From the NCBI GenBank assembly GCA_023251555.1, contig JAHEYN010000011.1:1503-65502 (forward strand): a stretch of DNA of 64,000 nucleotides, read 5' to 3'. A program made the translations under genes and the position numbers. Shown in pieces: positions 55,527 to 64,000 of this stretch (its first letter is position 1; the number at the start of each line of letters is the position of its first letter). Under the pieces are notes generated by a model. It was not told the origin of the DNA. It searched no databases and saw only the letters and a list, made by a program, of their open reading frames with translations. This stretch comes from Bacteroidota bacterium. Its GTDB lineage: Bacteria > Bacteroidota > Bacteroidia > AKYH767-A > JAHEYN01.

Positions 55527-58394
55527 TTATTTTAGAATGTATTTATACACATAATCCTCTTCTCCCATTGTATCAAAATCTTTCAAGCGATGATAAGTGC
55601 GCTTCCATATCCAGTAAGTATATGTTTTCTTCTTTTTAAAGGGCCATAGGCGAAGAGTTACAGTTATAGGTTTTCCCAGAATACCTTCTCGCATTATATT
55701 TTTCATGTCATTGCTTACAAGCCCTTTAGTATAAACATCTTTATTTGTTACTACCCGTTCCTCTTCTGAATTAGCGGCTGAGTTTGGAAAAGTTGGCAAG
55801 TAGTTAAAAGGAGAATTATAGTAAGATATTCCAGACTCTTGAAACTTTTCCGAACTTCCTAAAGGGCCATAAGAATGGTCTGAAGAACTTTGAATAAAAG
55901 AATAATGATTAGGATAACGATTCATAGAGTTGATGAAGTAATTATTAAGAAGAATGGGCTGCACCATGCCTGTCGGCGATAGATAGGGCGTACAGGCTGC
56001 CGACACACTAAAAGGAAATTCCTCCTCTGATTTTTGATCTATATAGTAACCAATAGCTCTAAATGGAGAAATTCCCATATCAAAAACATTGCCGTGAGGA
56101 AATTGAGGCATGAAATAAGGAACAGGGAAATAACCACTTGGCCATAAAAGGGAGGGGTTAAAATTTCCACATTGGCAATCCATAGTAAGGACTCCATCAT
56201 CAAAGCCATGATGAAATATATGTTTTACTAAAAGAGAGAAGTTGTCAGGGTGCCCGCCTGCAACAGTTAAAACAGGGACAGGTGTAAACTGACCAAATTT
56301 GTTCATCCAAAATAGCTGGGATACTTCCGGTACAAGGTCTCTCAACACACTGGTTTGAACAGCATATGCAGCACCTGCTGCATTATATACTGATGAATTG
56401 CTGATGTGCAGAACAGTGTTTAGCAGTGCAGCCAATCCTGCAAGTGCAGGGGTGGTAAACACAGCTACTACTCCCGTTGCCATACTGCTTCCTGAAAAAG
56501 CTCCATGAAGAGAAATGTGTGCTCTTGCTTTATCGGCTATGTATCCAATAGAACCAATTTTACTTTTGAGCGAGTCAACTGTTTTTGTTTTATTGGCAAG
56601 GGACATTGCCACATCCACGAGTAACGCTCCCGTAGAATGAGTGATGATAACATATCCATCTTTCCCAAAGTCACTTGTGCCTCTGGGGTCATTTGGGTCT
56701 AATAATTCCACATCTGTTCCATTGATCATTGCTTCGCTGATTTGAGTTAATACTGCATGTACACCGTAATCGAGAGTTTGGGTGGATGCCCATGAGACTA
56801 TAAGCAATCTATTCTTGTATCCTTTGTTTCTTAAAAAATGTTGAATATGGTCTGACCAGTATTTATCTGCTCTTTTTTTCCAATACCCGTAATAATTGTT
56901 ACCTTGATAATTTCTATAAAACTCTTTTATGTCTTTTGGCCATCTTGTATTAGCCGGATCTTTAGTATCTAAAATTTTATCCCTTATTGGAGTGGGATCT
57001 AAACCTAGAGAAAAAACAATATCTCTTCCTCCAAAAGGGCTGTTGGGGTCAGCTACAAAATTATTTGCGGTATCACAGTAGCATAAAGTATCCAGCTTAC
57101 CTAAGTTAAGAAAAGCCAAAGGAGAATCTAATACTGCATTGTAAATGCTGTCGCCTATAAATTTTAAAAGATTAGTCAGAGAATCAGCAGTTATATTAAT
57201 GCCAAGATTGCTTAAGCTGTCATCAAAATTTATATTCAACGCTTCGGGCGGTACGGCTCCTCCGATAGTAGCACAATGAAAAAGGTCAGGACAATTTGCA
57301 TAAAAAGTATCTATATCGGTATTACAAAACCCGCCATACAAATCATGAACACTGCCCATAAACATGCTCACTGAATCGGTTATAAGAGGGGTATTGGGGT
57401 CAAGGTATGCTGCAAGATTGGGAGGAATGACAGGGTTGCCAAGAGAGTCAATAGCAATGGAATCACATACAATGGAATCAAGAGTTGCATGCATGCAAAT
57501 ACCGTCAATATAGCCGGCCGAGTTCAGCGTGCTGTCATTATTAAAAATATTAATGGCAACTTTATCAAAGTTCTTATTGGCTATCCATGTTTGAAACTGA
57601 TAGCTTGTCCAGTCTTTAGAATTTATTTTTCCTGTAAATCCTATGATTGCAATATTAGAATCAGGTGCAGGGTGATTATTCCCGGTGGGTAATGAACCAT
57701 TAAAAGCAATTGCTCTGATTTTAAGATACGGCAAACTGCTCGCAGCAGAATCTAATTTTATACAACAACTTAAAATATATTTATTTCCCTGAACAATTTT
57801 GTTAGATGAAGCAAGTGTTTGTTTAACTGCATCTCCGCTTACTTTATTTCCCTGCAATTTAATATACCCGTTATCATCGCATCCTTCAGTATTAAATACG
57901 GAAGGGGTGCCATACCCTGCACCCCAATTTGAAACGCTTCCTCCGCTGGCCATAGAACCGGGAACATTCGAAACAAGAAATGTTCCGTTCTGTAACAAAT
58001 TACTATCACACACATTTACAGCACAGCTCGGTAATAAGAAACAAGATTGCAAATAACAGGTGCCTTTACCGTCAGGAAAAACAACTTTTATATTAAAGCA
58101 GGAGATGTTATTTCCGGCTGATTTGGTAGTGAAAGTTCCCGTTATAGCTTTTGTTCCTTTTTTTACAAGGGTTGTTGAAATACCTGTTATTGTTCCATTT
58201 GTCAAAGTAATGGAATCTATCTTTCCAACAACATTCATTGCATTATTTATAAAAAGAGAGTACGAATATTTGTGGTTGCCTGAAGGATTCGTTTTACAAA
58301 TAATGGTATCAATTGTTGCCGTAATGTTACAAGTCTGAGATTTTACATTATAGCCCAATAATAAAACAAAAAGAATCGGGAATATTTTTTTCAT
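55527..58394 (-). CDS. Large secreted protein with a predicted alpha/beta-hydrolase (lipase-like) domain and a family-specific C-terminal domain
   Basis: Signal peptide MKKIFPILFVLLLGYNVKSQ. The nucleophile-elbow-like segment is VIITHSTGALLV, followed in Ser-Asp-His order by HGFDDGVLTMD and SSSDHSYG. There is no T9SS tail. Confidence 0.55.
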   Translation of the reverse strand: MKKIFPILFVLLLGYNVKSQTCNITATIDTIICKTNPSGNHKYSYSLFINNAMNVVGKIDSITLTNGTITGISTTLVKKGTKAITGTFTTKSAGNNISCFNIKVVFPDGKGTCYLQSCFLLPSCAVNVCDSNLLQNGTFLVSNVPGSMASGGSVSNWGAGYGTPSVFNTEGCDDNGYIKLQGNKVSGDAVKQTLASSNKIVQGNKYILSCCIKLDSAASSLPYLKIRAIAFNGSLPTGNNHPAPDSNIAIIGFTGKINSKDWTSYQFQTWIANKNFDKVAINIFNNDSTLNSAGYIDGICMHATLDSIVCDSIAIDSLGNPVIPPNLAAYLDPNTPLITDSVSMFMGSVHDLYGGFCNTDIDTFYANCPDLFHCATIGGAVPPEALNINFDDSLSNLGINITADSLTNLLKFIGDSIYNAVLDSPLAFLNLGKLDTLCYCDTANNFVADPNSPFGGRDIVFSLGLDPTPIRDKILDTKDPANTRWPKDIKEFYRNYQGNNYYGYWKKRADKYWSDHIQHFLRNKGYKNRLLIVSWASTQTLDYGVHAVLTQISEAMINGTDVELLDPNDPRGTSDFGKDGYVIITHSTGALLVDVAMSLANKTKTVDSLKSKIGSIGYIADKARAHISLHGAFSGSSMATGVVAVFTTPALAGLAALLNTVLHISNSSVYNAAGAAYAVQTSVLRDLVPEVSQLFWMNKFGQFTPVPVLTVAGGHPDNFSLLVKHIFHHGFDDGVLTMDCQCGNFNPSLLWPSGYFPVPYFMPQFPHGNVFDMGISPFRAIGYYIDQKSEEEFPFSVSAACTPYLSPTGMVQPILLNNYFINSMNRYPNHYSFIQSSSDHSYGPLGSSEKFQESGISYYNSPFNYLPTFPNSAANSEEERVVTNKDVYTKGLVSNDMKNIMREGILGKPITVTLRLWPFKKKKTYTYWIWKRTYHRLKDFDTMGEEDYVYKYILK

Positions 58395-58476
58395 TTATGT
58401 TATGATTAAAAGTGAAAAAATAGTTTGCAACATTAAAGACACTGGTTGGTTTGAATATACCCTTGCATTAATAATT

Positions 58477-58529
58477 TAATCCAGCTTCGCGTTCCGCTAT
58501 GGCGGACGGGAAAGTCTTGGGTTAATTCC
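58477..58529 (+). repeat. Intergenic structured repeat, copy 4 (divergent 3' half)
   Basis: TAATCCAGCTTCGCGTTCCGCTATGGCGGACGGGAAAGTCTTGGGTTAATTCC. Confidence 0.75.
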
Positions 58530-58571
58530 CCGCAGCTTGCTGCGCAATGATGATCAACTTTCCTTAAGATA

Positions 58572-58591
58572 CCTCGCTGCTTGCAGCGAGG
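58572..58591 (-). terminator. GC-rich hairpin downstream of dapB
   Basis: CCTCGCTGC-TT-GCAGCGAGG is a 9-bp stem. A related palindrome CGCAGCTTGCTGCG lies at 58531-58544. The U-tract is weak. Confidence 0.4.
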
Positions 58592-58624
58592 TGGTTCATT
58601 CGGCATAAACTCTAGTAGTTATAA

Positions 58625-59359
58625 TTAAATCCTGATCATGTCCTGCATTCCAAAGGTGCCTTTTTTCCCCTGAATCCATTCGGCGGCAAGGACTGCGCCG
58701 AGAGCAAATCCTTTCCTGCTGAAGGCAGCGTGGGTTAATTCAATGCTATCAACGCCTGATACGTATTTTATTGTATGGATTCCGGGCACATTCTGAACCC
58801 GGAAGGAAGTAATCGGCAGCTCGCCGGTGTGTTCGCCACCGGTGGGTTGGGCATCCCTCAAATTTATCCAGTTCTTCTTTCTTTTTACACGGGAGAGAAT
58901 ATCTTCTGCAAGAGTGATGGCTGTTCCGCTGGGTGCGTCAAGTTTCTGGGTGTGGTGCGTCTCGGTGATGGAGATATCGTAATCCGGGCGGGTATTCATG
59001 ATTTCTGCAAGTCTCCTGTTGATTTCAAAAAGGATATTTACCCCTATGCTGTAGTTGGATGAGTAGAAGAAAGCCTGGTTTTTCTCAAGGCATATTTTTT
59101 TTATCTCATCGATCTTCTCAATCCATCCTGTTGTTCCGCAAACCACCGGTACACCTGCCCGGAAGCAATTAAGGATGTTGGAGGGAGCGGCGGCAGGAGT
59201 TGAGAATTCAATCGCCACATCTGCTTTTGAGAGCTCAGGTATAGTGAATCCTTCTGCGTTGTTAATGTCTATGCACAGGATAATCTCATGCTTTCTTTCA
59301 AGGGCGGTTTTTTCAATCTCTTTCCCCATTTTTCCGTACCCGATGAGTGCTATTTTCAT
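58625..59359 (-). CDS. dapB: 4-hydroxy-tetrahydrodipicolinate reductase
   Basis: From the internal ATG: MKIALIGYGKMGKEIE ... ETHHTQKLDAPSGTA (the DapB signature). Confidence 0.9.
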   Translation of the reverse strand: MKIALIGYGKMGKEIEKTALERKHEIILCIDINNAEGFTIPELSKADVAIEFSTPAAAPSNILNCFRAGVPVVCGTTGWIEKIDEIKKICLEKNQAFFYSSNYSIGVNILFEINRRLAEIMNTRPDYDISITETHHTQKLDAPSGTAITLAEDILSRVKRKKNWINLRDAQPTGGEHTGELPITSFRVQNVPGIHTIKYVSGVDSIELTHAAFSRKGFALGAVLAAEWIQGKKGTFGMQDMIRI

Positions 59360-59366
59360 GTGATGG

Positions 59367-59996
59367 TTATTTTTTTGTAAAGTGAAGGCTGAGGGAAGGG
59401 GAGAGGCCGGATCCGTTTGGAAAACACAGGCCGGGTATAATCCTGATGGAAAGGTTGTCGCTGACATCAAACCTGAACAGGTGCGCATCAACTGCGGCGT
59501 CAATGATGTTCATAATATACAGTCCTGTGGCAAGTATCACGGAGAGGTCCCTGTCGCGGTGATAAGCATTACTCAGCGTAAGGAGGTCGTCCGTGGAATA
59601 TTTTGACATGTACGGATAGTTTTTAGGATCGGATATGCCTGCAGCATAAGCATCCGTATACTTCCTGTATTTTGAATGGTTATAATTGATGAGGTAAGCG
59701 GTCCCTGCAAACCCTGCGTACAAAACCGGCAGCTTCCAGTATTTCCGGTTGTAGATCTGTCCCGCCCCGGGTATTACGGCAGAGAGTATCGTTGCCTTTC
59801 GCGGAGAATGCATATGGGGTGGCGGGGTTTTCGGTGAATGGGAGAATGCATTCACAGGAATTATTGCCAGGAACAGAAGGGTGAAGAAAAGAGACTTACG
59901 CGCCTTCACAGAAAACAGGATCTCTTTAACTGCGGATAAATGCGGCACAGGGCGGGTTCCGATGCGAATCAGGCTGAGAGAGAGGGATGTAGTCAC
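59367..59996 (-). CDS. DUF5683-like membrane protein
   Basis: SAVIPGAGQIYNRKYWKLPVLYAGF is characteristic. It sits between parB and dapB. The start is uncertain. Confidence 0.7.
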   Translation of the reverse strand: MTTSLSLSLIRIGTRPVPHLSAVKEILFSVKARKSLFFTLLFLAIIPVNAFSHSPKTPPPHMHSPRKATILSAVIPGAGQIYNRKYWKLPVLYAGFAGTAYLINYNHSKYRKYTDAYAAGISDPKNYPYMSKYSTDDLLTLSNAYHRDRDLSVILATGLYIMNIIDAAVDAHLFRFDVSDNLSIRIIPGLCFPNGSGLSPSLSLHFTKK

Positions 59997-60012
59997 TTTA
60001 AAGGCGGGACAA

Positions 60013-60903
60013 TCAGCGGTCCAGGGTACTCAAAATTCTTGCCAGTTCTGCAGGTGAAGAATACCTGATAACAATTTTGCCTTGCCCGCCGGCTTTCTGG
60101 ACAATCTCTGCTTCTGCCCCCAATGCTTTGTTAATTCTGTCTTCCGCTTCTTTCACGGAGGCTGTTTTCCCGGCCTGCAGTTCTTTCCCTTGCCTGGAGC
60201 GGGAAGAGGAACTGCGTGCAAGTTCTTCAACATCTCTTACGGAGAGCGCATCCAGGATGATTTTCCTGTAAAGAGCAAGCTGCTCGGCAGGATTCTCTAT
60301 GCCAATGATACTTCTTGCATGACTCATAGAGAGTTTGTTATCCCTTATTCCCGCCTGTATTTCGGGAGGTAGTTTAAGGAGGCGGAGGTAGTTGGTCACG
60401 GTGGACCTGTTCTTCCCGACTTTTTTGCTCAGTTCTTCCTGTGTGAGTGAGCATTCCTCAATAAGCCGCTGGTAGCTGATGGCTATCTCTATGGCATTGA
60501 GATTTTCCCGCTGGATATTTTCCACCAGCGCCATTTCCAGCATGGCCTGGTCATTGGCGATCCTGATATAGGCGGGGATGTTTTCCAGTCCGGCAATCAT
60601 TGCTGCCCTGAAGCGTCTTTCTCCGGAAATGATTTGGTATTTGTCATAGCCTAATTTCCTGACGGTGATTGGCTGAATAATCCCCTGTTCCCTGAGCGAT
60701 GCAGCAAGTTCGAGGAGTGCATCTTCTTCAAAAGTGCTTCTTGGCTGGAAGGGATTGGTTTCAATCTGGTTCAGCAGGATATTGGCAACGGATCCGGCAA
60801 TGGCAGGGGGGGCCGACAGACCGGCCCTGGAGGTAATGTCAGTGCCGGCATCTTCAAGGAGGGCGGCAAGGCCTTTTCCCAGTGCGTTTCGCTTAGTGCT
60901 CAT
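60013..60903 (-). CDS. parB: Chromosome partitioning protein ParB
   Basis: Has LGKGLAALL, NPFQPR, IISGERRFRAA and an HTH segment. Confidence 0.92.
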   Translation of the reverse strand: MSTKRNALGKGLAALLEDAGTDITSRAGLSAPPAIAGSVANILLNQIETNPFQPRSTFEEDALLELAASLREQGIIQPITVRKLGYDKYQIISGERRFRAAMIAGLENIPAYIRIANDQAMLEMALVENIQRENLNAIEIAISYQRLIEECSLTQEELSKKVGKNRSTVTNYLRLLKLPPEIQAGIRDNKLSMSHARSIIGIENPAEQLALYRKIILDALSVRDVEELARSSSSRSRQGKELQAGKTASVKEAEDRINKALGAEAEIVQKAGGQGKIVIRYSSPAELARILSTLDR

Positions 60904-61708
60904 CGGGTATAGGAATAGTTCTTTCCGAGACAGGAATCCTGGTCATGTTGTTTTTCTGCAATATCTCCCTTGCAAGATTAAGATAATTGACGGATCCTTT
61001 ACAGTTGGCATCAAACATCACAATGGTTTTTCCGAAGCTGGGAGCCTCTCCAAGCCTCGTATTCCTTTGTATGATAGTGTCGAAAACCATTTGCTGGAAA
61101 TGTGTTTTCACCTCTTCAACAACCTGGTTGGACAGCCTCAGCCGCACGTCATACATGGTAAGAAGTATACCTTCTATCTCCAGGTCCGGGTTATGCCTGG
61201 ATTGCACAATTTTGATAGTGTTCAGCAGCTTGCCCAGTCCTTCGAGGGCGAAATATTCACACTGCACAGGTATGATGACAGAGTCAGAAGCAGTGAGGGC
61301 ATTCAGCGTTATAAGGCCGAGGGACGGAGAGCAGTCAATGATGATAAAGTCATAATCGTTTTTCACTTTGGCAAGCGAAGACTTCATCATTTTTTCCCTG
61401 CCTGGCAGGTTTACGAGTTCTATTTCAGCGCCCACAAGGTCAATGTGTGCGGGGATAAGGTGCAGGTTGGGAGTATCAGTGGTAAGTATGATGTCCTGTG
61501 ATTTGGCTTCATTTACGAGGCACTCATAGATGCTGGTCTTTATGTTCTTCGGATCAAAGCCTGTTCCCGATGTGGCATTAGCCTGGGGATCGGCGTCAAT
61601 CAGCAGTGTTTTGTATTCAAGTACAGCGAGGCTGGCAGCGAGATTCATCGCTGTGGTGGTTTTTCCCACGCCTCCTTTCTGGTTTGCTATGCAGATTATT
61701 TTACCCAT
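60893..61708 (-). CDS. parA: Chromosome partitioning ATPase ParA/Soj
   Basis: Deviant Walker A NQKGGVGKTTTAMNLA. Confidence 0.92.
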   Translation of the reverse strand: MGKIICIANQKGGVGKTTTAMNLAASLAVLEYKTLLIDADPQANATSGTGFDPKNIKTSIYECLVNEAKSQDIILTTDTPNLHLIPAHIDLVGAEIELVNLPGREKMMKSSLAKVKNDYDFIIIDCSPSLGLITLNALTASDSVIIPVQCEYFALEGLGKLLNTIKIVQSRHNPDLEIEGILLTMYDVRLRLSNQVVEEVKTHFQQMVFDTIIQRNTRLGEAPSFGKTIVMFDANCKGSVNYLNLAREILQKNNMTRIPVSERTIPIPDEH

Positions 61709-61723
61709 TGTTCTTGTCTTGAT

Positions 61724-62404
61724 TTAAATGTTAATACTTTCGCCGATCTTCAGCAGGATGAGCTCTTTTCCATCCCTGCTGAACTTCTCTTTTGCCTCAG
61801 CGTGGTTGATGGTGATGTATCCGAAAGTGTCAAAATGCAAACCGACGATTTTGTCGCACCCTATAAAGCCTGCTGCAATCAGGGCGTTATCTGCATTCAT
61901 GGTAAAGTTACCTCCTACAGGCAGGAGGGCAAAGTTTATTTTTTTGTATTCCCCTATGAGTTTCATGTCATAAGTCAGCGCGGTGTCTCCTGAATAATAA
62001 AAATTACCTTCAAGGGTTTCAATGAGAAACCCGCAGGGGTTGCCGGCATAGCTGCCGTCAGGGAAGCTGCTTGAATGAATGGCATTCATCATCTTTACCT
62101 TGCCGAAATCAAAAGACCAAGAGCCCCCGTGGTTCATGGGATGGCCTTTGGAAATACCCTGCCTGCTCAGCCATGTTACGATCTCGAAGTTTGAAATGAT
62201 TGTGGCCCCGCTTTCCTTTGCCAGCGCTGCTGCGTCGGCGATATGGTCTTCATGCCCGTGCGAAATAAGAATATAATCAGCTTTTATTTTTGACTTGTCA
62301 ATATGGCCGGCAAGGGGATTTCCGGAGATAAAAGGATCAAACAGCAACGTCTTACCGTTTACTGCTGCTGTAAAGCATGAGTGTCCGTAATAGGTAATTT
62401 TCAT
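61724..62404 (-). CDS. Metallo-beta-lactamase-fold hydrolase (UPF0173-like)
   Basis: MKITYYGHSCF ... ILISHGHEDHI. Confidence 0.8.
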   Translation of the reverse strand: MKITYYGHSCFTAAVNGKTLLFDPFISGNPLAGHIDKSKIKADYILISHGHEDHIADAAALAKESGATIISNFEIVTWLSRQGISKGHPMNHGGSWSFDFGKVKMMNAIHSSSFPDGSYAGNPCGFLIETLEGNFYYSGDTALTYDMKLIGEYKKINFALLPVGGNFTMNADNALIAAGFIGCDKIVGLHFDTFGYITINHAEAKEKFSRDGKELILLKIGESINI

Positions 62405-62520
62405 TAAAAAATTCTTTAATTTGCAGGAAATTAAGGATAGGATTCAAAGGTAGCGTTAAATCAAAAAACATCACAGCCGGAAATTATTTTTTTTGCACAT
62501 TTTTTTGTTAATAACAGGAG

Positions 62521-63045
62521 ATGATAACAATCATTTGCGGAACGAACAGGAAGAACAGCAAAACGCTTGCTGTGTCGGGTATTTATAAAAATATCCTTGC
62601 CGCAAAAAATACGGAGAGCTGTATTTTTTCCATGGAACAGCTTCCCGGAACTTTTTCTGCGTCCCACCTCGACAAAGAAAAGAGCCATGCATTCCGTGAA
62701 CTTCTTGAAAAATACATCCTGCCTTCCCGCAAGATGATTTTTGTGATTCCGGAATACAACGGCAGTTTTCCCGGCATCCTGAAGACCTTCATAGACGGCT
62801 GCCCCCCTTCTGCTTTTCATTATAAAAAAGCAGCACTTACAGGCATATCCGACGGACGTGCGGGGAACCTGAGGGGACTCGACCATCTTACATCCATCCT
62901 GAATCATCTCCGCGTGGAGGTTTTGTCCGCGAAACCAAAGATATCTGATATTGAAAAGGAGCTGAATGAAGCCGGGAACGGCTTTCATAATCCTGAAATA
63001 ACGAAAACAATTGAAAGGCAGATAGACTCCTTCCTTACATTCTGA
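62521..63045 (+). CDS. NADPH-dependent FMN reductase family protein
   Basis: MITIICGTNRKNSKT ... FVIPEYNGSFPGILKTFIDG. Confidence 0.8.
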   Translation: MITIICGTNRKNSKTLAVSGIYKNILAAKNTESCIFSMEQLPGTFSASHLDKEKSHAFRELLEKYILPSRKMIFVIPEYNGSFPGILKTFIDGCPPSAFHYKKAALTGISDGRAGNLRGLDHLTSILNHLRVEVLSAKPKISDIEKELNEAGNGFHNPEITKTIERQIDSFLTF

Positions 63046-63082
63046 ACTGTTGATAAACTACAACCCCAAAGATTAATAAAAA

Positions 63083-64000
63083 ATGAAAAAAATATTTTTG
63101 TCGGCTAATGCCATCCTCCTCTCCTTTGCTTCCTTTGCGGGCAGCGGGGGGCCCGATGCTTACGGCTACACCTGGAAAGACAGCAACGAGCCCGGGGGGC
63201 CCGCATACCAGTGGATTGATATCCTCCCGCTGAGCGGCACAACCCAGGTGAAACTGCTGAGCGATGACAACGTACGCGGACCATTTCCGGCAGGTTTTAA
63301 TTTTCATTTCTACTGGTATGATGTGGATCTGTTCTGGGTGGGGTCCAACGGATATATCGGTTTTTCAGGGTTTACCTCAGCCCAGCTTGCACAGCCTTTT
63401 CCGTACATCCCTTCCTCTACGGCCCCTCAGGATTTTATCGCAGCCCTCACTTCCGACCTTGTATTCGGTGCTCCGGGTGACAGTGCCACATGCTGGTACT
63501 GGACCAATGCCGCCAAAGACACACTCGTGGTATCATACCTTGATGTCCCCTTCTGGAATGCCGCATACCCGGGCTTTACCGGAAGCAACACTTTCCAGAT
63601 TATTTTAAGTGCAGCCGACAGTTCAGTCACCTTCCAGTATAAGTACCAGTCAGGTTATCCTTCTTCCAGCCCGGTTCCTTATATGGTTATCGGCATTGAG
63701 AATAATTCCGGGCTGGTGGGGCTCCAGCATTCGTCAGATTTTATCCCTGCCGCATCCTATGCCGTAAAGTTTTATAATCCGCCCTCCAGCTCATACGTGG
63801 CCCAGGATGTGGGAGTAACATGGAATGACAACCCTGAAACAGGTGCAGGCTTTCTGCCTGCAGGAGGACCTTCATTCAACATGACTTCCGAAGTGAAAAA
63901 TTTCGGGAACCAGTATCTTGTTTCCTATAATGTGTGGTCAAGGGTTACTGACATCAGCAGTAATATACTGGCGCAGGACTGGGCTACCACGGGCCTTATG
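63083..64000 (+). CDS. Secreted hypothetical protein, 3' end outside the window
   Basis: Own translation from ATG 63083: MKKIFLSANAILLSFASFAGSGGPDAYGYTWKDSNEPGGPAYQWIDI... It is open to the window end and absent from the ORF track. Confidence 0.6.
   Translation, partial: MKKIFLSANAILLSFASFAGSGGPDAYGYTWKDSNEPGGPAYQWIDILPLSGTTQVKLLSDDNVRGPFPAGFNFHFYWYDVDLFWVGSNGYIGFSGFTSAQLAQPFPYIPSSTAPQDFIAALTSDLVFGAPGDSATCWYWTNAAKDTLVVSYLDVPFWNAAYPGFTGSNTFQIILSAADSSVTFQYKYQSGYPSSSPVPYMVIGIENNSGLVGLQHSSDFIPAASYAVKFYNPPSSSYVAQDVGVTWNDNPETGAGFLPAGGPSFNMTSEVKNFGNQYLVSYNVWSRVTDISSNILAQDWATTGLM

Noticed and set aside
60013-61708. parA/parB as evidence of a plasmid or integrated element
   Set aside because: They sit in the standard chromosomal parA-parB-DUF5683-dapB context and have backbone composition.
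1-64000. CRISPR arrays, tRNA/rRNA genes, transposases, prophage genes and recognisable defence systems
   Set aside because: I scanned every intergenic gap longer than 60 nt and all ORF translations. I found no direct-repeat/spacer arrays, cloverleaf-like segments, DDE or serine recombinases, or nuclease/helicase/methylase defence signatures.

Overview
The window looks like a Bacteroidota chromosomal segment. The evidence is several T9SS C-terminal sorting domains, TAnnTTTG-type -7 promoter boxes, and the parA-parB-DUF5683-dapB ... lepB-wbqC gene order. Most of it is housekeeping backbone of roughly 50% GC:
- xerD/aroQ, a cysteine desulfurase and glmM
- proline dehydrogenase and the class II RNR nrdJ
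- an M16 peptidase, ruvX, dapD and nuoI-N
- a TonB-dependent receptor, selD and a PpiD/SurA chaperone block
- moxR, wbqC, lepB, dapB, parAB

I found no rRNA, tRNA, CRISPR array, transposase or phage integrase.

Three things are not ordinary.

1. Two strongly AT-rich islands, about 5.9-11.8 kb and about 49.1-58.6 kb. The second splits the normally adjacent dapB and lepB genes. It carries a 955-aa lipase-like secreted protein, two decayed copies of that gene's own 3' end, an expanded family of small predicted outer-membrane beta-barrel genes, and a T9SS SBBP-repeat protein. The first island carries a zinc phospholipase-C-like T9SS cargo that is translationally coupled to a distant member of the same barrel family.

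2. An oxygen/NO-type respiratory cluster at 16.6-20.6 kb. It has two tandem FNR-type (4-Cys) regulators, each preceded by an ATGAC-N4-GTCAT palindrome at identical spacing from a -7 box. These are followed by a NorC-like cytochrome c, a NorB-like heme-copper-oxidase subunit that lacks two of the six canonical histidine ligands, and a lipoprotein cytochrome c.

3. A structured intergenic repeat of about 70 nt (TAATCC-ACCTTCGCGTTCCGC-N3-GGCGGACAAG ... GGGTTAATACC) at four loci. Three of these loci sit at island borders.

All functional calls come from reading the translated ORFs and motifs by eye. No database search was possible.
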